Below the pieces are notes generated by a model, which worked only from the letters and a program-made list of their open reading frames with translations, was not told the DNA's origin and did not search any database. From a bacterium (GTDB lineage: Bacteria; UBA8248), in NCBI GenBank assembly GCA_965261085.1, contig OZ253442.1, forward strand, positions 1,632,001-1,696,000: a DNA stretch of 64,000 bases, read 5' to 3'. Position 1 is the stretch's first letter. Each line of letters opens with the position of its first letter. Shown one piece after another: positions 50,811 to 61,028 of the stretch. Position numbers and translations under genes: made by a program.

Positions 50811-51592
50811 TCTCTCTCCTCCAGCGTGCGCATGATGAAGTATCGCTCTTCCTCGCCGTTCACCGGAAGAATCTGGGCGCATACGTGAAAAGCCTTTTCG
50901 ATGAGCCGGGGCGTCAGGACGCTGCCTGCGTTTCCTTGGGCCAGGATTTCTCCTTCATACAGCAAAAGCAGTTCATCGCAGTAGCGGAGCGCGAGGTTCA
51001 AATCGTGCACGGAGACGACCACGGTGCGTCCCTCACGGGCCTGGGCGCGCAGGATTTCCAGGATGGCGAGGCAGTGCCTGACGTCGAGATTCGCAAAAGG
51101 CTCATCGAGCAGCAGGACGGGCGTTTGCGCGGCGAGCGTTCTCGCGATCAGGACGCGCTGCAACTCTCCGCCCGAGAGTTCGTTGAGCGTACGGCTTGCA
51201 AGGTCGGTAGCGTCCACGTCGCGAAGCGCCGTGTCCACCGCCTCGCGATCGGCCCCGGTCTCGGGCGCGAGTCTCCCGAGATGGGGGTATCTCCCCATCA
51301 TCACCGTCTCCTCGACGCGGAAGGGAAACGTCGGCTCCTGCTTTTGGCCGAGATAGCCCACGCGGCGGGCGGTTTCTTTTCTGTCGAACGAATCGATGGG
51401 TTGGCCCTCCAGCGAGATACTCCCCGCCTTTACGGGCAGCAGACCCGCGAGCGCGCGCAGGAGCGTCGTCTTGCCCGCTCCGTTCGGGCCGATGACGCCC
51501 GTGAGCGCGCCCGGATGAAAATCGGCCGACACGTCTTTGATCACGTCCCGCTCGCCGAGTTCGAGGTATGCGTTTTCCACTTTGAGCAGCAT
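50807..51592 (-). CDS. btuD: Cobalamin/iron-complex ABC ATP-binding protein
   Basis: GPNGAGKTT, MGRYPH, LSGGELQRV, LLDEP, HDLN; riboswitch context. Confidence 0.85.
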   Translation of the reverse strand: MLLKVENAYLELGERDVIKDVSADFHPGALTGVIGPNGAGKTTLLRALAGLLPVKAGSISLEGQPIDSFDRKETARRVGYLGQKQEPTFPFRVEETVMMGRYPHLGRLAPETGADREAVDTALRDVDATDLASRTLNELSGGELQRVLIARTLAAQTPVLLLDEPFANLDVRHCLAILEILRAQAREGRTVVVSVHDLNLALRYCDELLLLYEGEILAQGNAGSVLTPRLIEKAFHVCAQILPVNGEEERYFIMRTLEERE

Positions 51593-52626
51593 CAGAACAT
51601 CTCCGCTCGCGCGCGATTACTGACGATTAAGTAGAGGAAAAACGGCCCGCCGATGCTCGCCGATAGAACGCCCAAGCGTATTTCGCCTGCGGGCGAGAGC
51701 GTTCGCGCCAGCAAGTCCATACCCATCACGAATATGGCGCCCGCCATCATGCTGAGCGGCAGAAGGCGGCGGTGGTCCGGCCCGGCCAGCATGCGCACGA
51801 TGTGTGGAACGAGCAGGCCAACGAAGCCGACCACGCCAGATACGGCGACGGACGCCCCGGCGGCTGCGGCGGCGATGACGAGAATCCACGCCTTCGTCCG
51901 CGCCGTGTTCACGCCGAGCGCCATCGCGGATTCCTCCCCAGACATCATGAGGTTCAGTTCGCGCCCGAAGAAGGCGGCGGCGACCGCCGAGGCGGCGAAG
52001 AAGGGCGCCACGAGGAACACGTGCTCCCACGTGCGGTTCGTGAGACTCCCCATGAGCCAGAAGAGAATCTGGCGGGCGATCTCGAAATCGCTCACGCTGT
52101 AGCTGAGCACGAGCGTCGTCAAAGCGCCCGCGATGGAGTTCATCGCCATCCCGCAGAGGATGAGCGCGCCCAGCGGGGTGTGTCCTTTGTGGGAGGCCAC
52201 CAGGGAGACGAGAACCACCGTCGCAAGCGCGCCCCCGAAGGCGCTCAGGGGAACGGCCCAGATCGAGGCGGCTCCTAATCCCAAAGCGATGGCGCTCGTA
52301 GCGCCCAGCGCGCCGCCCGTGCTGACGCCGATGACGACGGGGCTCGCCATCGGGTTCCTGAAAAGACCCTGGAGCATCACGCCCGAAAGCGCGAGCGAGG
52401 CGCCGACGAAAGCGCCCGTGAGCGTCCTGGGGAGGCGGATGTGCCAGATGATGGCGCGCTCGTGCGCGGAGACGCCCGCCCCCTCAGCGGAGAGAAAGCC
52501 CAGTTCGCTCAGGATGACCTCGATAATTTTCTCAGACGCGATGTCCGTGACGCCCAGGCGGACGCTGAGGGCGGCGAGGAGCAAGGCGAGGGCGATCAGC
52601 ATAGCCGTGAGGGCGTATTTCCTCAT
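51592..52626 (-). CDS. btuC: FecCD/BtuC family ABC permease
   Basis: IRLPR, QGLFRNPMA, FWLMGSL, GFVGLLVPH, GGPFF. Confidence 0.88.
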   Translation of the reverse strand: MRKYALTAMLIALALLLAALSVRLGVTDIASEKIIEVILSELGFLSAEGAGVSAHERAIIWHIRLPRTLTGAFVGASLALSGVMLQGLFRNPMASPVVIGVSTGGALGATSAIALGLGAASIWAVPLSAFGGALATVVLVSLVASHKGHTPLGALILCGMAMNSIAGALTTLVLSYSVSDFEIARQILFWLMGSLTNRTWEHVFLVAPFFAASAVAAAFFGRELNLMMSGEESAMALGVNTARTKAWILVIAAAAAGASVAVSGVVGFVGLLVPHIVRMLAGPDHRRLLPLSMMAGAIFVMGMDLLARTLSPAGEIRLGVLSASIGGPFFLYLIVSNRARAEMF

Positions 52627-53489
52627 CGGTACAATCCTCTCACCAGATCGCCCAGTCCATCGACGATGTATTGGGATACGCTCGAAAAACGCGGATAGGG
52701 AATCTCGACGATCTTCTTATCCCGCAAGGGGGCGTATACCCCGTTCGCGTGGATGGCGGCTTTCATGCTTTCTCCCGATTCGGGGTTAACGCCCACCATG
52801 ATGACGTCGGGATTCCAGGCGATGGCCCGCTCCGCCGATATCCTGCGCGCTCCCCGGATTCCGCGTTCGGCGGCCACGTTCTCACCGCCCGCCAGGCGGA
52901 TGAGCGCGTCGTGCGAGGTATGGCTTCCCGTCACCCAGCCGCCCCGCACGAGGGTCAGGATGCGCGGGGGTTTCATATTGGGCGGAATGCGTGCGCGGAT
53001 GGCGCGAATTTTCTCTCTCGCGCCTGTAATGAGTCTTTTCGCCTTCTCTTGTTCTCCGATCAGGCGGCCCATCTTCTCGATGTTCTTGAAGACATCCTCC
53101 ACGCTCGAAAAAGAGGAGAATTTGGAGACGGGAACCCCGGCGGCGCGCAGGTGGTCCAGGAATTCCGCGCTGGAGTATGAGGCGACGAACACCATGTCCG
53201 GCCTGAGAGCGATGATGCGCTCGGGCGTGCTTTCGATGAGCGGGATGCCCCCCACCTTATCCGCGACGTTGGAATACCCCGGGTGTCCGGCCAGCTTGTG
53301 AAGGCCGACGATTTTTTCCCGAGGCGCAAGGGCCATGAGCATCTCGGCGGTGGCGAGCGTCATGGCGATCAGGCGCGCGGGTTTCCTGGCGGCGCGGGCG
53401 AGTACGGGTCCCTCCGGAATCGAGGAGACCGCAGCTCCCAAAAGAGCCGCCGCCAGGAAAAAGATTTTGAGCTTGCCGCTCGCTCTCAT
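52623..53489 (-). CDS. btuF: Cobalamin ABC substrate-binding protein
   Basis: ERIIALRPD, LAGGENVA, AWNPDVI; operon context. Confidence 0.82.
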   Translation of the reverse strand: MRASGKLKIFFLAAALLGAAVSSIPEGPVLARAARKPARLIAMTLATAEMLMALAPREKIVGLHKLAGHPGYSNVADKVGGIPLIESTPERIIALRPDMVFVASYSSAEFLDHLRAAGVPVSKFSSFSSVEDVFKNIEKMGRLIGEQEKAKRLITGAREKIRAIRARIPPNMKPPRILTLVRGGWVTGSHTSHDALIRLAGGENVAAERGIRGARRISAERAIAWNPDVIMVGVNPESGESMKAAIHANGVYAPLRDKKIVEIPYPRFSSVSQYIVDGLGDLVRGLYR

Positions 53490-53567
53490 CTGCCGCCCTT
53501 TGCGCGAAGCCCCTCTTCTGTGGAGGGGGTTTTCCTAAAAGATCGCCCTTCAGTGGAGGGGGTTTTC

Positions 53568-55646
53568 CTAAAAGATCGCCCTTACGCCCGCGAACCACTG
53601 GATGCCGGGCGCGCCGAAGCCGTATATGGCGTCGTATTCCTCATCGAGCGCGTTGTTCACCTTGAGTTCGACCGTCAAATCCTTGACCTTCGATTTCCTC
53701 GTCTTGTCGAACATTGAAATACGGTCCTTCACGACGTCCAAAGAGAGCGCTAAATCCACCCGCGTGTAGCCGGGGTTGACCACCCGCACGGGGGGCGAGG
53801 GCAAAGGCGCCGAATCGTCGCGGTCCCACCGATCGCTTACCGTGTTCACCCTTAAAGTGGCTCGCAGGCGATCCGGGTGGTAGCTGATCGAGGCGCTCCA
53901 CCACCAGTCCGGGCGTCTTAAGAGCGCTTCTCCTTCCGCGTAGTTCAGTGAGGAGACGCCTCCGTCGTCCAGCGTGATGGTGTCCATGGTGTTGAAGCTC
54001 GCATGGGCCGAGAAATCATGAAAATCGAGGAGCGACAAGGAAAGTTCCGCGCCCTTGATCCGCGCCTTTCGGATGTTCTCGTAGTTCGTACCGTTGGCGA
54101 ATGGGGGGGGAGACCCGGGGGGCGTGGTGGGCGTGGGGGCCCACGCGATTAAGTCGTCTATTTCGTTTTCATAATAGGTGGCGCTGAACTTGAGCTTTTT
54201 GTTCGCGAGAAACTGATCGAAGCCCGCCTCCCAGCTCTTCTGCCTTTCGCTCTTCAGGTTCGGATTTCCGATTTGGCCGTAGAGGTCGAGTGTCTCACCG
54301 AAGGTGGGACGCTTGGTTCCCTCGCCCACCGCCCCGCGGATTCGCGCGCCGGTTCCGGGGATTTTATAGGAAGCGGAAATTTTTCCGGTCGTCTCGTCTT
54401 CGGCGCCGTCGAAACTATCCACCCGCACCCCGCCCGCGAGTGTGAGGCCTTCCCGGAACTGGAACTGCTGCTGCGCGTAGAAGGAGACGGCTCGCCTATC
54501 GCTTTCGTATTCGGTTTTCCCGAACCCGGAATCGCTTGCTGCGGAGATGTCCTCGTTCTCCCATTCGACGCCCAGCGTGGATATGGACCGGCGAAGGGCG
54601 CTGAACCCCAGTTGCTCTCCCGAGAGTCTGACGTTGACCTGATTGTCGAAATGGAGCCTCGTTCCTTCCGTCTCGCCTGTGGAGGAAGATGGATTCGCAT
54701 CCGGCTTGTTTTCATGCAGTGTATCCCGCAGATACAGGGAAAGGCGCGGGATGTACTCGAGCCACGGGAGGGGCTTGAGATGAGCGCGCGCGCCGATGAT
54801 TTGTTCGGTAAATTTCGAGTAGTTGTTGGGGTCTGCATAGCCTTGGTAGGCCGGTCCCGGGATGTCGTAGCGGTTCTGGTTGACGTGGTGGAGAAAACGC
54901 AGTTTGGCGTTATCCGAGAAGAAATGGTCCAGCCCCACCGTCCCCACTGTGCGCTGATACCCGTCGTTGGGCAGGTGACCCTCGGTGTCGAGACGGCTCA
55001 GGGTGGCTGCGTATCCGCTTCTGGTCGTTCCACCCTTGAGTTTGAAGGACTCCTCAAACGTGTCGTGGCTGCCGCCTCTTGCGCGCATGGTGAAGGAGGG
55101 CGCTTCTCCGGGTTTTCCGATGTCGGGCAGGAAATTCATTACCCCGGACGCCGCGTCCGATCCGTACAGCGGACTTTGCGGACCCTTGAGCACCTCGGCT
55201 GCGCCGACCCATTCCGGGGAGAGATGCCCGAAGTCATACGCGCTCCCGTCCGGGAAGGTGAGCTTGAAGCCGTCTATCATGACGCTGGTGAAGTTGCTCT
55301 CACTGCCTCTTAGGAAAAGGCTTGCCTGACCGCCCCTGCCGCTCGTCTGCGGGAGGATGACGCCCGCCCCCTCGATGAGGAAGTCGATCGCGTCGCCGGG
55401 CAGGAGGCTCTCGATTCTGTCGCGGCCGAACACCTCCACCGAGTCGGCCACGTCGCTGAGCCGCTCGGGCGTGCGCGTGGCGGTGACGGTGATGGGGTCG
55501 AGATAAAGCTCCTCCTCGGCGACAGCGCTTTGCGCGTCGGCAATGCCTGCCCCGCCCAAGAGGATGAGTGCTGCGGCCCCCAGGATGATGAGGCCTCGTT
55601 TTAAGCGGATAGGGAATTTCGTGGTTTTTCCTGCGGGATGCTGCAT
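53568..55646 (-). CDS. btuB: TonB-dependent cobalamin receptor
   Basis: TonB box ITVTATR, plug LRG..IDG, VLKGPQSPLYGSDA, GNPNLKSE, C-terminal Phe; directly downstream of B12 riboswitches. Confidence 0.88.
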   Translation of the reverse strand: MQHPAGKTTKFPIRLKRGLIILGAAALILLGGAGIADAQSAVAEEELYLDPITVTATRTPERLSDVADSVEVFGRDRIESLLPGDAIDFLIEGAGVILPQTSGRGGQASLFLRGSESNFTSVMIDGFKLTFPDGSAYDFGHLSPEWVGAAEVLKGPQSPLYGSDAASGVMNFLPDIGKPGEAPSFTMRARGGSHDTFEESFKLKGGTTRSGYAATLSRLDTEGHLPNDGYQRTVGTVGLDHFFSDNAKLRFLHHVNQNRYDIPGPAYQGYADPNNYSKFTEQIIGARAHLKPLPWLEYIPRLSLYLRDTLHENKPDANPSSSTGETEGTRLHFDNQVNVRLSGEQLGFSALRRSISTLGVEWENEDISAASDSGFGKTEYESDRRAVSFYAQQQFQFREGLTLAGGVRVDSFDGAEDETTGKISASYKIPGTGARIRGAVGEGTKRPTFGETLDLYGQIGNPNLKSERQKSWEAGFDQFLANKKLKFSATYYENEIDDLIAWAPTPTTPPGSPPPFANGTNYENIRKARIKGAELSLSLLDFHDFSAHASFNTMDTITLDDGGVSSLNYAEGEALLRRPDWWWSASISYHPDRLRATLRVNTVSDRWDRDDSAPLPSPPVRVVNPGYTRVDLALSLDVVKDRISMFDKTRKSKVKDLTVELKVNNALDEEYDAIYGFGAPGIQWFAGVRAIF

Positions 55647-55712
55647 GAGAGTACGCCTCCTTGAGCGGCCCAAGCGCTCAGAACCGACCCCTGGCGGGGT
55701 CGCGTGGGAGAT

Positions 55713-55855
55713 GCCGACAGGCCGGTATTCTGGCTCGCGCCGATGGCCGCTCTTCATTCCTTCCCGGGGTGTATCCCAGTGGTTGCATGAAAAGCGCGTC
55801 GCTTACAGCTGCTGGGCAGCTCCGGTCTTACACCGGATTCCCGAACACCTGCGGC
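55713..55855 (-). ncRNA. Cobalamin riboswitch (downstream copy)
   Basis: GGGAATCCGGTGTAAGACCGGAGCTGCCCAGCAGCTGTAA, CCACTGGG, GGGAAG, GAGCCAGAATACCGGCC B12-box on the minus strand. Confidence 0.85.
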
Positions 55856-56015
55856 TGTTTAGGCGGCGGATGGGTCCACCGCTCCTATGACGAAAACTTT
55901 AACGCAGCGCGTGCGTGATGCCCGCGCGTGCGGTGATGCCGTCGAGTTTGGGTTCAGTGATCAAAAAGATACCACCCACCTCCCGTTCCGCGAGGACGTG
56001 ACGGGTCATCGGCAG

Positions 56016-56175
56016 TTGCAGGTCGGTCTCCTGGCTCCCGGAAACACCTACTCACGGCCCCTTCCCGGCGGCATCCGCCAGTGGTTACAGCCGCTTTCGT
56101 CCCCGGTCACAGTGGCGGGTCCGCGCCGGATTCTCACCGGCTTCCCGGGCTTTCATGAGGAAAGCCCCCCTGCAA
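56016..56175 (-). ncRNA. Cobalamin riboswitch (upstream copy)
   Basis: GGGAAGCCGGTGAGAATCCGGCGCGGACCCGCCACTGTGA, CCACTGG, GGGAAG, AGCCAGGAGACC B12-box; closing TTGCAGG/CCTGCAA. Confidence 0.9.
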
Positions 56176-56232
56176 CAAGTCAGAAAAAACTACTCTATTC
56201 GAACAATCAGCACGCTACATATTGGAGCGGTA

Positions 56233-56736
56233 TCAGACCGCCTCGTACTTGTCGCGCGTGATGGTGTCCAGATCGATGCCTTCGATTCGGATGAGGCGCG
56301 TCTCTCCCTCGCGCTTGGGCGAGTGGAATTCCCCCACGTCGTAGGCTTTCGAGAGTCCCGGCGAGAGGTCGTAGCTGCGCACGGGCTTCACCTTGCCGGG
56401 CGCGGCTCCGTTGGGCCTTTCCACGAGTTCGTAGTCCGTCATCGTGGTGGTGCCGACCGCCTGGCCGTAGATGGCCCACGAGTCGCCGTGATCGTGCGGG
56501 GTGCTTCCGCTCGCGCCCTTGTGCACGTGGGCGAAGATGCAAAAGCCGAGTTCCGGGTCCTGATACAGGAGTTCTCGGGGGGAGTCGTTGTCCGGCCCGA
56601 GGTGCTCTTGTACGAACTCTTGTTCCACCAGCACCTTCTCCAGGCCGTCGCTCACTTTCTGAAGGCCCGCCTTGCTCGAATCCGCTTTCAGTATGTCGTG
56701 GCACTCGGCCGCGAATCCATCGAGAATTTCACCCAT
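56233..56736 (-). CDS. Cupin-fold metal-dependent protein (cysteine dioxygenase-like)
   Basis: PHDHGDSWAIYG and FHSP His triad pattern. Confidence 0.75.
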   Translation of the reverse strand: MGEILDGFAAECHDILKADSSKAGLQKVSDGLEKVLVEQEFVQEHLGPDNDSPRELLYQDPELGFCIFAHVHKGASGSTPHDHGDSWAIYGQAVGTTTMTDYELVERPNGAAPGKVKPVRSYDLSPGLSKAYDVGEFHSPKREGETRLIRIEGIDLDTITRDKYEAV

Positions 56737-56895
56737 AATGCGCTCTCCTTATTTTTGAGAGATTGATTTTAATTCATTCTACAGGTAGTCCGCGTATTTT
56801 GTAAATCCAGGGAGCGGTTTTCCCGAATCGGGTGTATGATTCGCTTATACCTCATTTGACAAGCGCGCATCTAAACTCCCACGAGGAGGTTTTTG

Positions 56896-57672
56896 ATGGA
56901 TACGGCGAAGCAGCGAAACATCGAGACTTTCACGCGAATGGCGGAGAGCTACGCTGGCTATTACAGCGATGCGGAACAGGCGCGCCTGGGAGCGATGGCC
57001 GAGCGCATCGGCTTCGGCGCAGGCTCTTGGCTGGTCGATTTCGGGATGGGCACGGGCACTTCCGCGCGGCCTTTTTTGGTGGCGGGCGGGAACGTCGTGG
57101 GGCTGGATCTCACCCCCGCGATGGCCAAAAACGGACGCGAGCGCCTGCGCGAATGGGGTCTGGATGCGAACGCCCGCTACGTCATGGCGAACGCGCACGA
57201 CGCGCCCGTGGCGGAGGGGACCGCCGACGCCGTCATCTGCCGCCACACGTTTCATCATCTCGAAAACCCCAGACAAGTTTTTGGGGAGATGGCGCGCGCG
57301 GTGCGACCGGGCGGCCACGTCTTCTTAATCGACTATCACTATCCCGACGAGGCGGATGAGCGCGAAAAAATTGAAGAACTCGACCGGGTGCGGGAGCCGA
57401 CCATCACGCGGCATCTATCCGGAAATGAGATGGAGGGCTATTTTCAAGAAGAAGGAATCCGCATCAAGGAGACCTTGGTCGACAGGAACGACACGCCCTT
57501 TGATGAGTGGATGGACGTCGCCAAGACCTCGCCAGACGTGTTCCCCCGGCTTAGGGCCGCGTTCGAGTCCCTGCGCGATCGAGGAGGAAGCTGGTATGAG
57601 GAAAAAGGCGAGGGCGCGGAATTCACCGTCGTCAGAAAACGGCTGACCATCCTGGGCCAGAAACCGGCCTGA
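56896..57672 (+). CDS. Class I SAM-dependent methyltransferase
   Basis: VDFGMGTG, GLDLT, FHH, RAVRPGG; GAGGAGG SD. Confidence 0.88.
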   Translation: MDTAKQRNIETFTRMAESYAGYYSDAEQARLGAMAERIGFGAGSWLVDFGMGTGTSARPFLVAGGNVVGLDLTPAMAKNGRERLREWGLDANARYVMANAHDAPVAEGTADAVICRHTFHHLENPRQVFGEMARAVRPGGHVFLIDYHYPDEADEREKIEELDRVREPTITRHLSGNEMEGYFQEEGIRIKETLVDRNDTPFDEWMDVAKTSPDVFPRLRAAFESLRDRGGSWYEEKGEGAEFTVVRKRLTILGQKPA

Positions 57673-57780
57673 GTTTCTTTTCGAGGAATTATGTCCTTAA
57701 GACTGCAAAACCATAGTAACATCTGTCTTACAGCGTCGTTGGATTCATCAAATGTTGTTTCTTCATAATTATTTTATTGT

Positions 57781-59103
57781 TCATCTTGAATCCACCATAA
57801 ATTCGAGTTTTTTGTTTTGACGACGAAGGCCCGCTAAAGTGTAGATATTACTCTTTAACTTATTGCATGGGCCACAAAGAAGAACTCGATTTGAGATATG
57901 ATTTAAGCCACCATCGGAACGAGGCGTATTATGATCTAATTCCAGATATCTAGGATCATCAAATTCTCGATCACATCCTTGGCATTTTTGTCCATATTGG
58001 TCCAATAAAAATTCGTACATTTCTGCACGAGTCCTTTTTTCACCTTTAGGCTCATCTACTTTTAATTTAGTTTTCAGAAAAGGAACAGCCTCTTCTCCAT
58101 CGTCCGTACGAACAGGAAGTTCTCTAGTATAGGTTATCGTTCCTTGAGTAATGAGCCATTCACCCCACTCTTCGTCGGGCGTTACTAACTGCTCTTGCTT
58201 GAATCTATGAAGCACTGCATCGTGCGCTCCGGCCCAGATATCCGCCCCCACCCATTGGCGTTTAAGCCGTTCAGCCGCAACTAATGTTGTGGCACAACCG
58301 CAAAACGGATCAAGAACAATGTCATTAGGGTTAGACCCAACCTTAACGATGCGGTCAAAAAGCTGAATTGGTTTCTGTGTAGGGTAACCATACCGCTCTT
58401 TTGACATTGGGGGTATAGCGGGTATATCCCACCAATCTTCAGGTATCTTGCCATCTTTATGGGGCATATATGTTTTACCTGTATCCTTACGGGTAACCCC
58501 CCTCCCCGAAGTTTGATAACCGCCTGTCCCCCTATATGGCACCCGCGTTCTGTCGGCATTAAAAACCCAATTCTTGCCCTTAGAATACCAAAATATAATG
58601 TCGTGTTTACGTGCAAACTCCTTAGATGAACGCCCTCCCTGCCTATAACACCATATAATTTCATTCCGAAAATTCTTGTGTCCAAAAACAGCATCCATAA
58701 TGGCTTTGAGATAGTGGCTCGCCGTTGGATCACAATGGAGATAAATACTTCCATCTTCTCGTAGTATTCGCTTCATTTCTAACAACCGTACAGCCATAAA
58801 GCACATATAGGCACCCATACCATCCGAATGAGCATATCGAGCGCTCTCTATTGCTTCCATTAGTTTCGGGAAATCGTCTGTAATCTTATCAACCCATTCC
58901 TGATGAACATCCCTATCCCAAGACCACCTATCCTGAAAAGAAGCACCATCGGCTAGGCTATCTGGCGTAGCATGAAAATCTCGATTCTTGTTGAAGGGCG
59001 GATCAGTAGCAATCAGATGAATAGAATTACTATTGATCTCACGAAGAAAATCTAGGTTATCGCCATGATAAAGAGTTCGATTTTCGACATTTAATTTCGA
59101 CAT
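57781..59103 (-). CDS. Amino-DNA methyltransferase (beta order) fused to HNH endonuclease
   Basis: DPPF motif IV, YPTQKP, LDPFCGCATT motif I; C-terminal CQGC...DHNTP..GG.NHISN...CGPCN; low GC. Confidence 0.9.
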   Translation of the reverse strand: MSKLNVENRTLYHGDNLDFLREINSNSIHLIATDPPFNKNRDFHATPDSLADGASFQDRWSWDRDVHQEWVDKITDDFPKLMEAIESARYAHSDGMGAYMCFMAVRLLEMKRILREDGSIYLHCDPTASHYLKAIMDAVFGHKNFRNEIIWCYRQGGRSSKEFARKHDIIFWYSKGKNWVFNADRTRVPYRGTGGYQTSGRGVTRKDTGKTYMPHKDGKIPEDWWDIPAIPPMSKERYGYPTQKPIQLFDRIVKVGSNPNDIVLDPFCGCATTLVAAERLKRQWVGADIWAGAHDAVLHRFKQEQLVTPDEEWGEWLITQGTITYTRELPVRTDDGEEAVPFLKTKLKVDEPKGEKRTRAEMYEFLLDQYGQKCQGCDREFDDPRYLELDHNTPRSDGGLNHISNRVLLCGPCNKLKSNIYTLAGLRRQNKKLEFMVDSR

Positions 59104-59318
59104 TTATCCTATTCGCTCCTTCCGGTTACTTTCCAATGACGCAATCAAATCTTAGAATTTAAGTCTTTTATTAAAGTTGTTGTAGTTCAATGGTAGAGCA
59201 GTTGTTAAGCAAATGACAGATATTGGGCTGAGTCCCGCCAAAGATTCCATGCTCGGAGTCCCCTGAACAAATTCAATCTCATAATTTGTAGATTGAAGTA
59301 TCCGACCCCCTTGCCCCC

Positions 59319-61010
59319 TCAAAGCACCTGTGGCGCGCCGCCCAAAGGGGTGGGCTTGACGACCGCGTCGATGAGGAAGGGTTTCTCGCTTCGGGCGGCC
59401 TCTGCAAGACACGCTTCCAGTTCATCGGGCGTATGGACGCGGGCGGCTTCCACGCCCATCGATTCCGCCAGCTTGATGAAGTCCAGGTTCGGTTCGGTCA
59501 GGTCCATGCCGACGAAGCGGTGAAATTCCTTCGCTTTTCCCTCCAGGGCCAGCACGCGCCCTTTCAGGATGTGGTAGGCCCCGTTGTTCGCGATGAGGAA
59601 GACCACGCCGACCTTGTACCTCGCCGCCGTCCAAAGGGTCTGGTTGGAATACATGGCCGAGCCGTCTCCCGAGAGACAGATGACGGGTCGATCGGGCGTC
59701 GCTATCTTGGCGCCCAGCGCCATGGGCAGGCCGTTTCCGATGCCGCCGCCCTTTCTGCCGAAAATCTGTGAAGCGTTGCGCCCCACCGCGCGCCGGAAGT
59801 TAGGCCCGGCGGAGGTGAGCGCCTCATCCACCCACACGGCGCCCTCGGGCGCCACTGCGCCGAGCGCCCGGTGGAAAGCGGGGAGGGACATGCCTCCCGA
59901 AAAATCACTCTCCTCTTTTGGAGATGAGGCGGCCTCGCGGGCGCTTTGGTTCTCTTTCGCAATCCGCTCCGCGCGCGATTTCGCTCCCGCTGCCTGCTCG
60001 CTCGTCTGCGCTTTTTTGACCGCCTCACGCAAGACGGGGAGCGTGGTTTTCGGGTCTCCGTAGAGCGAGGCGTCGAGTCCGAAATTCTTGCCCATCTCCC
60101 ATGTGTTCAAATCCAGATGCACGACCCGGCAGCTTTCGGGCAGGGGCCGCACGTCGGGGGGGTATGAGAACAGGAATACTTCCGTGCCGACGAGGAATAC
60201 CAGATCCGACTCCGCAAGGCGCTCCCTGAGGGGCCTGGCCAGATTGGGGAGCTTCCCGGCGTAGAGCGGGTGCGCGAGGGGATAGGTGATCATGTTGGCG
60301 AAATTTTCTTCATAGACTCTGGCGCCGATTTGTTCGGCGAACTGCGCCAGTTCGCCCAGCGCGCTCGATTTTGCGACGCCTGAGCCCGAGACGACCACGG
60401 GCCGCTCCGCTTTCGCGATGAGCTCGGCTGCCGCTTCGATGGACTCGGCAGATGCGGCGAAGCGCGTGTGAATGCGCGTGGGCTTTTCCATCAGACCCGA
60501 GGCGGCGCTAAGCATGACGTCTCCGGGGAGAGAGAGGAATACGGGCCCAGTCGGCGGCGTGAGGCACACCTTGATAGCGCGCCGCACGGCCTGTTCCAGG
60601 TCCTCGACGCGGCGTACTTCATACGACCACTTCACCAGGGGTTCCGCCATGCGCGCGAGATCGTCATAGAGGATGATTTCCTGAAAATGCCCGCTTTGGG
60701 GCTGGTTCCCGGCGGTGACGAGCATGGGCGCTCCAGAGCGCTTGGCGTTGTAGAGAAGCCCCATCGCGTTGCCGAGGCCGGGCGCAACGTGAAGGTTGAC
60801 GGCGGCGGGCTTACCCGTACTCAGGCCGTATCCTTCCGCCGCCGAGATGGCCACACCCTCATGCAGCGTGAGAATGAACTTGAGCCTTTCTTCGTTCACG
60901 AGCGCGTCCATCAAGGGAAGCTCCGTCGTGCCGGGATTCCCGAACAGGTGCGTCACTCCCTCATCGAGCAGGGTTTCCAGGAACAAGGATGCGCCGTTTT
61001 TGTTTCTCAT
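59319..61010 (-). CDS. Thiamine pyrophosphate enzyme (benzoylformate decarboxylase-like)
   Basis: FGNPGTTE, LHE, NLHVAPGLGN, GDGSAMY...NNG. Confidence 0.9.
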   Translation of the reverse strand: MRNKNGASLFLETLLDEGVTHLFGNPGTTELPLMDALVNEERLKFILTLHEGVAISAAEGYGLSTGKPAAVNLHVAPGLGNAMGLLYNAKRSGAPMLVTAGNQPQSGHFQEIILYDDLARMAEPLVKWSYEVRRVEDLEQAVRRAIKVCLTPPTGPVFLSLPGDVMLSAASGLMEKPTRIHTRFAASAESIEAAAELIAKAERPVVVSGSGVAKSSALGELAQFAEQIGARVYEENFANMITYPLAHPLYAGKLPNLARPLRERLAESDLVFLVGTEVFLFSYPPDVRPLPESCRVVHLDLNTWEMGKNFGLDASLYGDPKTTLPVLREAVKKAQTSEQAAGAKSRAERIAKENQSAREAASSPKEESDFSGGMSLPAFHRALGAVAPEGAVWVDEALTSAGPNFRRAVGRNASQIFGRKGGGIGNGLPMALGAKIATPDRPVICLSGDGSAMYSNQTLWTAARYKVGVVFLIANNGAYHILKGRVLALEGKAKEFHRFVGMDLTEPNLDFIKLAESMGVEAARVHTPDELEACLAEAARSEKPFLIDAVVKPTPLGGAPQVL

Positions 61011-61028
61011 CGATGAAACCTCTAAAAA

